From: Candidatus Flemingiibacterium sp.
GTDB taxonomy: Bacteria; Bacillota; Clostridia; Oscillospirales; CAG-272
Assembly (NCBI GenBank): GCA_045579745.1
Contig: JAZNMQ010000070.1
Span: 3,383 to 67,382, forward strand
Length of the DNA: 64,000 nucleotides
Reading direction: 5' to 3'
A program made the position numbers and the translations under genes. This document shows, one piece after another, positions 49,383 through 58,550 of the stretch. Numbering within the stretch: the stretch's first letter is position 1; the number at the start of each line of letters is the position of its first letter. The notes under the pieces are model-generated. The model saw only the letters and a program-made list of their open reading frames with translations. It ran no database searches and had not been told where the DNA came from.

Positions 49383-49808
49383 TTACTGTACCATGCACTT
49401 TATATCTGCTGTACAGCAAACCTCGCCGTTAACAGATGCTGTGCCCGTTGCAACAGCTAAACCGAAGCGGCATTTTACAAGCTCACAGCGAAGCTCGAGC
49501 GTTTCTCCCGGAAGCACCTTGCGCTTGAATTTTACATTGTCTGCGCCTGCGAAATACGCGATCTTGCCGCGGTTTTCGGGCATTCCGAGGATGACGACGG
49601 CACCGCATTGAGCCATGGATTCGAGCATTAAAACTCCGGGAAGAACGGGTGTGCCGGGGAAGTGTCCTTTGAAGAAATATTCCTCGCCGGTCAGCTGCCA
49701 GCGCGCTTCTGCAAATTTCCCGTCCTCTAAAGCCGTGATTTCATCAATCAGCAAAAACGGCTCTCGATGGGGGATGATTTCTTTGATTTGCTCTTTATTT
49801 AATACCAT
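49383..49808 (-). CDS. fabZ: 3-hydroxyacyl-ACP dehydratase
   Basis: IPHREPFLLID and GHFPGTPVLPGVL hot-dog motifs. Confidence 0.95.
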   Translation of the reverse strand: MVLNKEQIKEIIPHREPFLLIDEITALEDGKFAEARWQLTGEEYFFKGHFPGTPVLPGVLMLESMAQCGAVVILGMPENRGKIAYFAGADNVKFKRKVLPGETLELRCELVKCRFGLAVATGTASVNGEVCCTADIKCMVQ

Positions 49809-49817
49809 TGCACTCTC

Positions 49818-50309
49818 CTATTTGACGGCAATGAGCGGCTGACCGTATTCGACCATCTTGCCGTTTTCGAACAGGATATCCGTTACTGTGCCGTCCTTGT
49901 CGGCTTCGATCTCGTTCATGACCTTCATAGCCTCGATTATACAAATGATGTCGCCCTTTTTGATAGACTGTCCGACCTTGACAAACGGAGCTGCGTCCGG
50001 CGAGGATGCGGCATATGCCACTCCGAGAAGCGGAGCCTTGATTGTTTCAAGCTCGCTATTGCTCGCAGCGGCTTGTGCGTCCTCAGAAACGCTGCTTGTA
50101 GGCTTAACAGTATCGCTTGCGGGTATATGGCTGACCGTCTGAATGGATGTAGGTACAGTATAATTTGTTGCGACTGGAGTGTGACGGTCAAGCTTGATGC
50201 GGATATTATCAATCTCAAGCTCGAGGCTGTCGGTTCGGCTTGAATCAAGCTTATCAATAAGTCTTGAAATAAGCGCTTCAATTTGTGCTGCGTTGTTTAA
50301 ATCGTTCAT
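49818..50309 (-). CDS. accB: biotin carboxyl carrier protein
   Basis: C-terminal biotinylation motif EAMKVMNEI. Confidence 0.9.
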   Translation of the reverse strand: MNDLNNAAQIEALISRLIDKLDSSRTDSLELEIDNIRIKLDRHTPVATNYTVPTSIQTVSHIPASDTVKPTSSVSEDAQAAASNSELETIKAPLLGVAYAASSPDAAPFVKVGQSIKKGDIICIIEAMKVMNEIEADKDGTVTDILFENGKMVEYGQPLIAVK

Positions 50310-50412
50310 ATTATTCCTTTATGCCGCGAGAAGCGGCTCTCATAGATTTTATTATGTGGTTGATGGCTTGAAGGTGGATTTATCTGTCGATTAAATTGCC
50401 TCGCCTTTTACA

Positions 50413-51648
50413 TCAGCCCTCAAATTTCTTGAAAAGCAGGGATACATTTGTTCCGCCGAAGCCGAGGGAGTTCGACAGCGCATATCGAAGCTCGCGATTA
50501 TTAGGCCTGAGAGGGGTGTAATCGAGGTCAAGCTCGGGGTCGGGCTCTTTTAGATTTGCCGTCGGAGGAACGATGCCGCGCTCAATTGCCATTGCGGTAA
50601 TAATCGCCTCTGTAGCACCTGCCGCGCCGAGAAGATGTCCCGTTACGCCCTTTGTTGACGAAATCGAAACCTTGTACGCCGCTTCGCCTAGCGCCTTTTT
50701 GATTGCCAGCGTTTCAGAGGAGTCGTTGTGGTCTGTTCCTGTGCCGTGCGCATTGATATAATCTATCATGTCGGGAGTAATTCCACCCTCTCTGATAGCT
50801 CCCGAAATTGCGAGAGTTGCGCCCGATGCCTCGGGGTCGGGAGCGGTTATGTGATAAGCGTCGCTCGTAGTTCCGTATCCGATTATCTCACCGTAAATTT
50901 TTGCGCCGCGAGCCATAGCATGCTCGTAGCTCTCGAGCACGAGAGCGGCTCCGCCCTCTCCCATTGTAAAGCCGCTTCGTCTTTTGTCAAACGGAAGTGA
51001 GCATGTATCGGGGGTCGTTCCGTGAGTCAGGGCTGTCATGTTTGAAAAGCCTGCGACTGCCATTTTGGTTATGGTAGCTTCCGCGCCGCCTGCAATAACT
51101 ACATCGGCATAGCCGTCCTTAATGTGACGGAAAGCCTCGCCGATCGCGGTTGCGCTTGAAGCGCATGCGGTAACCGTTGCGTAGCAGGTTCCCTTGAAGC
51201 CATATTTCATCGCTATGTGTCCGCAAGCAATATTGCTGATCATCATCGGGATAAAGAGCGGCGAAACTCTGCCCGGACCCTTTTCCATAAGCTTTGTGTG
51301 CTCGTCCTCGAGCGTTGAAAGTCCGCCGATGCCGCTTCCGAAAATTACTCCGCAGCGTGTAACATCAAGCTTGTCAGCATCAAGCTCGCTCATATCATAT
51401 GCGCCCTTTGCCGCCGCCATTGCAAATTGGCAATAACGGTCCATTCTGCGTGCCGCCTTGGCGTCTATATCGTAATCGGTCGGTGCGAAGTTTTTGACCT
51501 CGCAGGCGAATTTGCACTTATAGTCCTCTGTGTCGAACGCGGTAATCTCATCAACAGTTGTTACTGCGCTGAGAACACGCTCAAAAAGCTCATCAGGGGT
51601 AGAGCCTGCCGGTGTGACAGCTCCCATGCCGGTAATTACAACTCGCAT
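50413..51648 (-). CDS. fabF: 3-oxoacyl-ACP synthase II
   Basis: MRVVITGMG start, active-site Cys in TVTACASS, and HGTGT/GHLLGAAG blocks. Confidence 0.95.
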   Translation of the reverse strand: MRVVITGMGAVTPAGSTPDELFERVLSAVTTVDEITAFDTEDYKCKFACEVKNFAPTDYDIDAKAARRMDRYCQFAMAAAKGAYDMSELDADKLDVTRCGVIFGSGIGGLSTLEDEHTKLMEKGPGRVSPLFIPMMISNIACGHIAMKYGFKGTCYATVTACASSATAIGEAFRHIKDGYADVVIAGGAEATITKMAVAGFSNMTALTHGTTPDTCSLPFDKRRSGFTMGEGGAALVLESYEHAMARGAKIYGEIIGYGTTSDAYHITAPDPEASGATLAISGAIREGGITPDMIDYINAHGTGTDHNDSSETLAIKKALGEAAYKVSISSTKGVTGHLLGAAGATEAIITAMAIERGIVPPTANLKEPDPELDLDYTPLRPNNRELRYALSNSLGFGGTNVSLLFKKFEG

Positions 51649-51678
51649 TTGTAATATCCTCCATATTAATAGGTTAGA

Positions 51679-52425
51679 TTAAAGCGTGATAGCGCCATCA
51701 ACGCAAAGCGTCTGTGCGGTGATATATGAAGCATCCTCGCTTGCCAAAAATGCCGCCGCATTTGCAATATCCTCGGGTTTGCCTGTGCGTCGGAGCGCAA
51801 TTCTATCGCAAAGCTCCTTGCGTGTGTCCTCGCTAAGAGCACCCGTCATATCGGTTTCGATGTAGCCGGGAGCGATGCAGTTGACTGTAATTCCGCGGCT
51901 GCCGATCTCCTTTGCAAGCGATTTTGTAAAGCCGATTATAGCCGCCTTTGATGCTGCATAGTTGGTTTGTCCGGCGTTGCCGAAAATGCCGACTACCGAC
52001 GAAATGTTAATGATTCTGCCATGACGAGCCTTCATCATTATCGGAACAACAGCCCTTGACATATTGTAAACCGATTTGAGATTGCAGTTGATAACAGAGT
52101 CAAACTGTTCCTCGCTCATTCGCATGAGCAGACCGTCGCGCGTTATTCCTGCATTGTTTATCAGTGCACAAATGCTCCCGAAACGCTCGACAACCTTGTC
52201 AACCATTTCTTTGCATTCCTCGTAGCGTGATACATCGGCTTTAAAAAGCTCACACTCAGCACCGTCAGCCAATGAGGCGTGAACTGCTTCAAGCGCGGCG
52301 TTTTGTGAACCGTTGTCCGAGCGGTAGTTGATAGCGACATTATAGCCGCGTGAGGCGAAGCCGCATGCGATGGCAAGACCAATCCCGCGCGCAGCACCTG
52401 TTACGATAACCGTCTTTTTTTCCAT
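51679..52425 (-). CDS. fabG: 3-oxoacyl-ACP reductase
   Basis: SDR motifs TGAARGIG, NNAG and YAASKAA. Start chosen at ATG 52425 (MEKKTVIVTGA); listed ORF start 52446 is possible. Confidence 0.9.
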   Translation of the reverse strand: MEKKTVIVTGAARGIGLAIACGFASRGYNVAINYRSDNGSQNAALEAVHASLADGAECELFKADVSRYEECKEMVDKVVERFGSICALINNAGITRDGLLMRMSEEQFDSVINCNLKSVYNMSRAVVPIMMKARHGRIINISSVVGIFGNAGQTNYAASKAAIIGFTKSLAKEIGSRGITVNCIAPGYIETDMTGALSEDTRKELCDRIALRRTGKPEDIANAAAFLASEDASYITAQTLCVDGAITL

Positions 52426-52530
52426 ATCTATGCCCATGACCTGCAAATGCAGGTATGCCTTTCTTACCTGTTTATGTGCTATAAAGCATCCTACTTTATT
52501 TTAATTCCTGCTCTCTCAGACGAATGCTGC

Positions 52531-53550
52531 TTACCATTCGACTATTGCAACGCCGTATGTGAGCCCTGCACCAAAGCCTGCGATAGCAAGCTTGTCACCT
52601 CGGCTTAACTTCCCGGCACGGTTTAATTCATCAAGCAATATCGGAACGCTCGCGCTTGAGGTGTTGCCGTAACGCTCAATGTTTGTGGGGGCTTTTTCGG
52701 GGGCAAGCCCGAGCCGTTCAACGGCTGAGTTTATTATGCGGACATTCGCTTGATGCATTACGAGATATTTAAGCTCGGATGCTGATATGTCAGCGGCGGC
52801 TAAAGCCCCCTCAAGTGCTTCGGGAACTGCCTTCACCGCGAATCTGTAAACCTCGCGTCCGTTCATTTTGAGCCCGACCTGCACAGAGGCGTGATCAGCA
52901 TTTGATAATGTACCATCCTCGTTCTTTCTGACTGGGGGCAGAGCCTTGGCAGTTATAGCGTCAGCACCCGTTCCGTCGGTCTTTATATAGGATGAAAGGA
53001 ATCCGTGCTCGCTGTCGGCACTGACTACCGCTGCGCCTGCTCCGTCACCAAAGAGTATGCACGAGGAGCGGTCTGTATAATCGGTAATTCTCGATAAATT
53101 CTCGGAGCAGACTATCAAAATATTATTTATCCGCTTTGAGCCGACACGCTCGCTTGAGATAAACGCCGAGGCGGTTTCAAGCGCATATACAAAGCCTGAG
53201 CAGCCTGCGTTAAGGTCAAACGCAAAGGCGTTTGATGCGCCTATGTCGGCTTGAACATAGCAAGCAAGTGCGGGGGAGTAATTGTCGTTTGTTACAGTCG
53301 AGCATATCACGATGTCGATATCGAGCGGGGATAATCCCGATGCTTCAAGTGCGCGCTTGGCGGCAATAGCTGCCATTTCACGATTTGAGAGCTCGGTGTT
53401 GATTCTGCGCTCAGAAATTCCCGTTCGTTCGCGTATCCATTCGTCGTTGGTATCGACCATTCGCGAAAGTGCTTCGTTTGTGAGCGTGAAGTCCGGCAGG
53501 TATGAGCCGGTAGATATTATACGCGCAATGCGTTTGTCTTTTTTACTCAT
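52531..53550 (-). CDS. fabH: 3-oxoacyl-ACP synthase III
   Basis: NAGCSGFVYAL active-site Cys, HQANVRI, and GNTSSASV blocks. ATG 53550 follows AAGGA. Confidence 0.9.
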   Translation of the reverse strand: MSKKDKRIARIISTGSYLPDFTLTNEALSRMVDTNDEWIRERTGISERRINTELSNREMAAIAAKRALEASGLSPLDIDIVICSTVTNDNYSPALACYVQADIGASNAFAFDLNAGCSGFVYALETASAFISSERVGSKRINNILIVCSENLSRITDYTDRSSCILFGDGAGAAVVSADSEHGFLSSYIKTDGTGADAITAKALPPVRKNEDGTLSNADHASVQVGLKMNGREVYRFAVKAVPEALEGALAAADISASELKYLVMHQANVRIINSAVERLGLAPEKAPTNIERYGNTSSASVPILLDELNRAGKLSRGDKLAIAGFGAGLTYGVAIVEW

Positions 53551-53703
53551 AGTATTGTCCTTCCCGTATGGCGGCTGCCACACAATTAAGATGGATTACT
53601 GAGAATATATTCTACCATACAAATTAATCGGAATTATTGACGAAATGTAAAAAATTACATATTATTGCAGGATTTGATTTTTGACGTATAGCGAACTGAA
53701 TGA

Positions 53704-53732
53704 TTGACAAAGCTCAATTTTTCATGTATAAT
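53704..53732 (+). promoter_or_regulatory. consensus sigma-A promoter, divergent from fabH
   Basis: TTGACA (53704-53709), 17-nt spacer, TATAAT (53727-53732). Confidence 0.65.
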
Positions 53733-53767
53733 CAAGGTGTAAAATGCTGTTTTGGGAGGCGATTTTG

Positions 53768-54613
53768 ATGCTTTATGATGGCTCGAGCACGCTTGCTGTA
53801 TTTGACGCTATTGCAAATTGCCGCGAGATAAGCAGAGCGGAGCTGTCAAAAATTACGGGCTTCAGTCAGGTTACGATTGGAAAGGCTGTCGATGCGCTTG
53901 AAGCCTGCGGCATTGTGACACAATATAAAAAGGAGCGAAGCACAGTCGGAAGAAAGACGGGAATTTGTCGGCTTAACGAGCGATATGGCATGCTTGTTTT
54001 CGATTATGACTGCATGCGCTTTCGCGTAACGGATATAAATTTAAATGAGCTTGGCGAATTTGAGCTAAAAAATATCGAGGACTCTCTGAGTGTGGGCTTT
54101 TTGCGCTTTGCCGAATTGTTTGACGGAGAGCTGATTGGCATTGGATGCATTGTGCCAGAGGGCAAAATGGCAGAATACAGCGAAAAAATACGAGAAATAT
54201 TCGGGCAAGCTCCCGAGCTTCTTGTTGACAGCGGTTCTGCCTTGACCCTCGCAAATTCGAAACGCTTCGATATATCGAGCATAGCTGTATTTTTGCGAAT
54301 TCGCGAGAGTGTAAGCGGTTCGATAATGCTTGGCGACAGGCTTTTTCGAGGCGCAAGAGGACGGGCAGGTGACTTTTCGCGGATTTTTGGAGATAAAGCC
54401 GAGCTTTCGCAAAGGCTACCCGAAATATGTGCGATGCTTGACCCGGAGTTCATTCATATTGCAAGCGATGATGTGCTGTCAATCCCCGATTTACCCGAGG
54501 GAGTACAGCTTATAGTTGAACGCTTTGACGATTGCAAAAGCGCGATTGACGGCGCTTTGCTGATGTTAAGAGAAAATTGGGTGCGCTCAAAAATCGAACA
54601 AAAGAGTGAATAA
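53768..54613 (+). CDS. short ROK-like transcriptional regulator (winged HTH plus degenerate sugar-kinase fold)
   Basis: N-terminal wHTH (ISRAELSKITGFSQVTIGKAVDALEACGIV) and a ROK-like GARGRAGDF block. No ROK CxCGxxGC zinc motif is visible. ATG 53768 follows GGGAGG. Confidence 0.6.
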   Translation: MLYDGSSTLAVFDAIANCREISRAELSKITGFSQVTIGKAVDALEACGIVTQYKKERSTVGRKTGICRLNERYGMLVFDYDCMRFRVTDINLNELGEFELKNIEDSLSVGFLRFAELFDGELIGIGCIVPEGKMAEYSEKIREIFGQAPELLVDSGSALTLANSKRFDISSIAVFLRIRESVSGSIMLGDRLFRGARGRAGDFSRIFGDKAELSQRLPEICAMLDPEFIHIASDDVLSIPDLPEGVQLIVERFDDCKSAIDGALLMLRENWVRSKIEQKSE

Positions 54614-54687
54614 TTGCGCTGTCTATGAGCAGAATAATTATGAAGTCATCTATGTTGGCTTTATATTATTTCAAAGAGGTAAATGAC

Positions 54688-54891
54688 ATGGAAAACAAGA
54701 CTCCCAACCATTCCATTGAATGCTCTGTTAAGCAGTGCGCTCATCACTGCGGCAATGTAAACTTCTGCGCACTCGACTCGGTTCGCATCGCAACTCACGA
54801 AGCTAACCCTACCGAATGCAAATGTACCGACTGTGAATCGTTCAGAGCAAACGACTCCTGCGGTCCAGGCATGAGTAACTGCAACGCATAA
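54688..54891 (+). CDS. small Cys/His-rich DUF1540-like protein
   Basis: 67 aa with two repeats of the C-x2-C-x-H type (VKQCAHHCGN, CKCTDCESF). AGAGG RBS. Confidence 0.6.
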   Translation: MENKTPNHSIECSVKQCAHHCGNVNFCALDSVRIATHEANPTECKCTDCESFRANDSCGPGMSNCNA

Positions 54892-54898
54892 CAAAAAT

Positions 54899-54929
54899 CG
54901 CCCGAGAGATTTCTCTCGGGCAATTTTTT
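54899..54929. terminator. bidirectional rho-independent terminator
   Basis: gcccgagaga (54900-54909) pairs with tctctcgggc (54912-54921), with T-runs on both strands. It lies between convergent genes. Confidence 0.8.
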
Positions 54930-54934
54930 AGTTT

Positions 54935-55471
54935 TTATGCGAATTTGTAGCCAAGCTCAAGTGCTTTCTTGTTTTTATCGATCAGCGCCGCTTTCGATGC
55001 CGGAATGCCGTCAATCATATGATTTAGGAATTCGTCATACTCAAAGAGCCCCGTGAGCTTCAAAAGATATCCGAGTATGATGACATTTGCCATGCCGGAA
55101 AGTCCGTTGTCGGATGCCATCGAGGTTGCGGGGATTCCTGCTACCTTTACATCATCACGTCCGAGGTCTGCATTGATGAGAGAGGAATCGTAAATAACGA
55201 GTCCGCCTGCCTTGACATTCGGAACAAATTTTGTAAAGGAGGGAAGGTTCATCGCAATGAGAAGGTCGGGGTTTACAACCAACGGAGAGCCGATTTCCTC
55301 ATCGGAGATAATTACGGAGCAGTTAGCCGCGCCGCCGCGCATTTCGGGACCGTAGGACGGGAGCCACGAAACCTGAAGATCGGTGTCCATCGCGATTTTT
55401 GCGAGCTGCTTGCCTGCGAACAGAATACCCTGGCCGCCAAAGCCTGCAAGAAGAATGTTCGTCGTTGCCAT
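54935..55471 (-). CDS. 2-oxoacid:ferredoxin oxidoreductase gamma subunit
   Basis: 178 aa with an N-terminal GFGGQGIL block. It is the last gene of a delta-alpha-beta-gamma operon. Confidence 0.85.
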   Translation of the reverse strand: MATTNILLAGFGGQGILFAGKQLAKIAMDTDLQVSWLPSYGPEMRGGAANCSVIISDEEIGSPLVVNPDLLIAMNLPSFTKFVPNVKAGGLVIYDSSLINADLGRDDVKVAGIPATSMASDNGLSGMANVIILGYLLKLTGLFEYDEFLNHMIDGIPASKAALIDKNKKALELGYKFA

Positions 55472-55472
55472 A

Positions 55473-56246
55473 TCAGTTATCCTCCTTTGTAGAGGTGGGG
55501 TTGAGAGTCTTTACGTCGGTGTCCTTGTAAACTCCAAGCGGATAGAACGGAATCATATCTGTCTTGAGCCATTCGAGAGCAGCCTCGGGAGTCATGCCCC
55601 AGTTTGTCGGGCAGGTCGAGAGAACCTCGACAATTGAAAGTCCCTTTTTGTCGATCTGATTCTGGAATGCCTTTTTGATTGCCGCCTTAGTCTTCTTAAT
55701 GTTAGGTACAGTGTTAACCGCAACACGCTCAGCGTAAGCAACGCCGTCAAGGGTAGACATCATCTCGCATACGCGAATAGGTGAGCCCTGAATGCGGCGA
55801 TCACGTCCGTAAGGAGAGGTTGTTGTTACCTGACCGGGAAGCGTTGTGGGTGCCATCTGACCGCCGGTCATACCGTAAATGCAGTTGTTGATGAAGATGA
55901 TTGTAATGTTTTCACCGCGCGCACCTACATGAACGGTTTCGGCTGTACCGATAGCCGCGAGGTCGCCGTCACCCTGATAGGTGAATACGATGTTGTCGGG
56001 ATGTGTGCGCTTAACGCCTGTTGCAACTGCCGGAGCGCGTCCGTGAGCTGCCTGGATCATATCGCACTCAAAGTAGTTGTAAGCGAATACGGAGCAGCCT
56101 ACCGGCGCAATGCCGACTGCCTTGCCGCAGATGTCAAGCTCGTCTAAAACCTCTGCAACGAGTCTGTGAACAATACCGTGTGTACAGCCCGGGCAGTAAT
56201 GGAAGGGCACGGGCGAGAGTGATTTCGGTTTTTCAAATACTACCAT
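55473..56246 (-). CDS. 2-oxoacid:ferredoxin oxidoreductase beta (TPP-binding) subunit
   Basis: CPGCTHG Cys motif and TPP motif GDGD...NN. Confidence 0.9.
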   Translation of the reverse strand: MVVFEKPKSLSPVPFHYCPGCTHGIVHRLVAEVLDELDICGKAVGIAPVGCSVFAYNYFECDMIQAAHGRAPAVATGVKRTHPDNIVFTYQGDGDLAAIGTAETVHVGARGENITIIFINNCIYGMTGGQMAPTTLPGQVTTTSPYGRDRRIQGSPIRVCEMMSTLDGVAYAERVAVNTVPNIKKTKAAIKKAFQNQIDKKGLSIVEVLSTCPTNWGMTPEAALEWLKTDMIPFYPLGVYKDTDVKTLNPTSTKEDN

Positions 56247-56267
56247 TTTATATGTAACCTCCTGAAT

Positions 56268-57329
56268 TTATAAAGAGGCGGAGATTCTTTCGATTTCCGC
56301 GAGGAGCTCAGCCGGAGAGGTGATGACTCCGCCTGTGCGTCCGAAGAAAGATACGGGCTTTTTGCACTCTATTGCTACCTTAACATCGTCAACCATCTGA
56401 CCCATGTTAAGCTCGCTGACGAGGAAATGCTTTGCTGTGTCTGCAAGCTTTGCAAGTGCCTTCTTAGGATACGGCCAAAGAGTGATGGGGCGGAAAAGTC
56501 CGACCTTAATACCATTGGCACGAGCTGACGCGATTGCAGTCTTTGCAATACGCGAGGAGATTCCGTATGCGACGATTACGATATCAGCGTCATCGCACAT
56601 GTATTCTTCATATTTAACTTCTTTTTCGCAGATTTCGTCATAACGCTTGTAGCGGTCGAGAATCGAATTTTCAAGCACGTTGGGGTCAATAAAGAGCGAG
56701 TTGATTATGTTCTTGCTGCGCTTGCCCTCGGTGCCGTTTGCAGCCCAGGTCTTTTCGGGGATCTCACGCTTTGTAACAATCTCGAAGTCAACCGGCTCCA
56801 TCATCTGACCGAGCGCGCCGTCAGCGAGAATCATCGCGGGAGTTCTGTAAATATCTGCAAGGTCAAATGCCTCTGCGGTAAGCTGAGCCATTTCCTGAAC
56901 AGTAGACGGAGCTAAAACGATGATGTGCTCGTCGCCGTGACCGTTAGCCTTTGTTGCTTGATAGTAGTCCTGCTGAGAGGGCTGAATGCCTCCGAGTCCG
57001 GGGCCTCCGCGCTGTACATTTACTATAACGCAGGGAAGATCGCATCCGACTATGTATGAGATGCCCTCGCTCTTGAGCGAGATTCCGGGGGATGAGGATG
57101 AGGTAAGGCAACGTGAGCCGGCTGCAGCCGCACCCATGATCATGTTGATAGCGGAAACCTCAGACTCAGCCTGAAGGCAAAGACCGCCGACCTTAGGCAT
57201 GCGTTTTGCCATATATTCGGAAATTTCGGTTTGCGGAGTGATAGGGTAGCCGAAGAAGTGGAGGCAACCGCTCTTGATAGCAGCCTCGGCGATAGCTTCG
57301 TTACCTTTCATTAATACTTTCTTAGCCAT
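56268..57329 (-). CDS. 2-oxoacid:ferredoxin oxidoreductase alpha subunit
   Basis: MKGNEAIAEAAI...FGYPITPQTEI N-terminus is typical of POR/KOR/VOR alpha subunits. Confidence 0.9.
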   Translation of the reverse strand: MAKKVLMKGNEAIAEAAIKSGCLHFFGYPITPQTEISEYMAKRMPKVGGLCLQAESEVSAINMIMGAAAAGSRCLTSSSSPGISLKSEGISYIVGCDLPCVIVNVQRGGPGLGGIQPSQQDYYQATKANGHGDEHIIVLAPSTVQEMAQLTAEAFDLADIYRTPAMILADGALGQMMEPVDFEIVTKREIPEKTWAANGTEGKRSKNIINSLFIDPNVLENSILDRYKRYDEICEKEVKYEEYMCDDADIVIVAYGISSRIAKTAIASARANGIKVGLFRPITLWPYPKKALAKLADTAKHFLVSELNMGQMVDDVKVAIECKKPVSFFGRTGGVITSPAELLAEIERISASL

Positions 57330-57345
57330 TTGTTTGTCCTCCTGT

Positions 57346-57555
57346 TCAGTCCTTCTCGACCGTGATCACAACATCGGGGCACATCGTAGCGCACATTGCA
57401 CACGCGATACATTTTTCTGCATCGGTAATGCGTGCGGGATGATAGCCCTTGTTGTTGAGAGCGTCATGGTCGAGGGTGATAATTTTCTTGGGGCATGCGA
57501 GAACACAAAGTCCACAGCCCTTACAAAGATCCTCGGTAAAGGTTACTTTATTCAT
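57346..57555 (-). CDS. 2-oxoacid:ferredoxin oxidoreductase delta subunit (2x[4Fe-4S] ferredoxin)
   Basis: 69 aa with CKGCGLCVLACP and CIACAMCATMCP. GGAGG RBS. Confidence 0.9.
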   Translation of the reverse strand: MNKVTFTEDLCKGCGLCVLACPKKIITLDHDALNNKGYHPARITDAEKCIACAMCATMCPDVVITVEKD

Positions 57556-57582
57556 TTTTCTCCTCCATGATAAAAAGAATTG

Positions 57583-58263
57583 TTAATATAATTGCTTAGT
57601 GGCGTTTTTAATGAAAAAGAAATTATCGCCTTTAAGCTCTGTGCTCAGATTGTCGGGTGCGCAGGTGCACAAAAGCGGCAAGCCGCATTCGTCGGCAAGC
57701 TCCTTTGCCCATCCGATCGCGTCCGTTATATCCTCGGCAGTGGTTTCCGCACCGAGGTTTGAGTTATGAATAACACCGGTTGCACGAAGTCGTCCGCAGT
57801 ATTCTATTTCGCGAAGTATCTCCACAGCATCCGAAATGTTTTCGGTCAGCGGACGGTATTTGTTTACCACATAGAGTAGGTCGTATTTGCCTTCCACAAA
57901 AAATCGGTTATACATTCCGAGCGCAACGGCACCGTTGTCACCGCCGACATCAATGATGGTCACACGCTCGGGCTCTCTTTGAGCCGCCTCAAGCGCACCG
58001 AGCACTGTCGGTGGAAGAGAGGGAATATCGACATTGGTGTTTGCAAAATCGGGGACAATACATTTTACCCCGAGTGCTTCGAGCTCGGATTTGTTGTCTG
58101 CGGCACGAAAATACGGATTGACAATATCGAGGTCAATAAGTGTAACCTCTCTACCATCGGATGCAAGCTCTTTTGCGAGATTAACGGCAAAGTTCGTTTT
58201 TCCTGCACCAAAGTGACCTGCGACAACTATCAGGTTTTTGAGATTTTCGAGTACATTCTGCAT
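57583..58263 (-). CDS. P-loop NTPase (SIMIBI/G3E-like), first gene of the oxidoreductase operon
   Basis: 226 aa with Walker A GHFGAGKT, a LIDLD strand, a DVGGD (G3-like) motif and a VVNKYR (NKxD-like) motif. Its stop lies 27 nt upstream of the delta-subunit start. Confidence 0.65.
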   Translation of the reverse strand: MQNVLENLKNLIVVAGHFGAGKTNFAVNLAKELASDGREVTLIDLDIVNPYFRAADNKSELEALGVKCIVPDFANTNVDIPSLPPTVLGALEAAQREPERVTIIDVGGDNGAVALGMYNRFFVEGKYDLLYVVNKYRPLTENISDAVEILREIEYCGRLRATGVIHNSNLGAETTAEDITDAIGWAKELADECGLPLLCTCAPDNLSTELKGDNFFFIKNATKQLY

Positions 58264-58458
58264 AGCTACCTACATAAATTCGAATTAATCGACGGATTAT
58301 CCGCTAGGAATCAAATAACATAAATATATTATATCATACAATCAACTAAAATAAAAGAACATTTTTTTAAATTTCTCAAGTTTTTTTTATCGTCGTATTG
58401 TACATATTTTACAGCAAAATTCTGTTATAATTTATTTGACTAAATTTTTCGGAAAGGT

Positions 58459-58487
58459 TTGAAATTTTTTTTGTTTTGTGATAGAAT
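58459..58487 (+). promoter_or_regulatory. sigma-A promoter with extended -10 upstream of cdaA
   Basis: TTGAAA (58459-58464), 17-nt spacer ending in TGa, TAGAAT (58482-58487). Confidence 0.55.
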
Positions 58488-58550
58488 ATATACAGATACC
58501 CTTTTTTATAAAAATGAGTGAATAATTTTGCGTGCAAAAGGAACGGTCGT

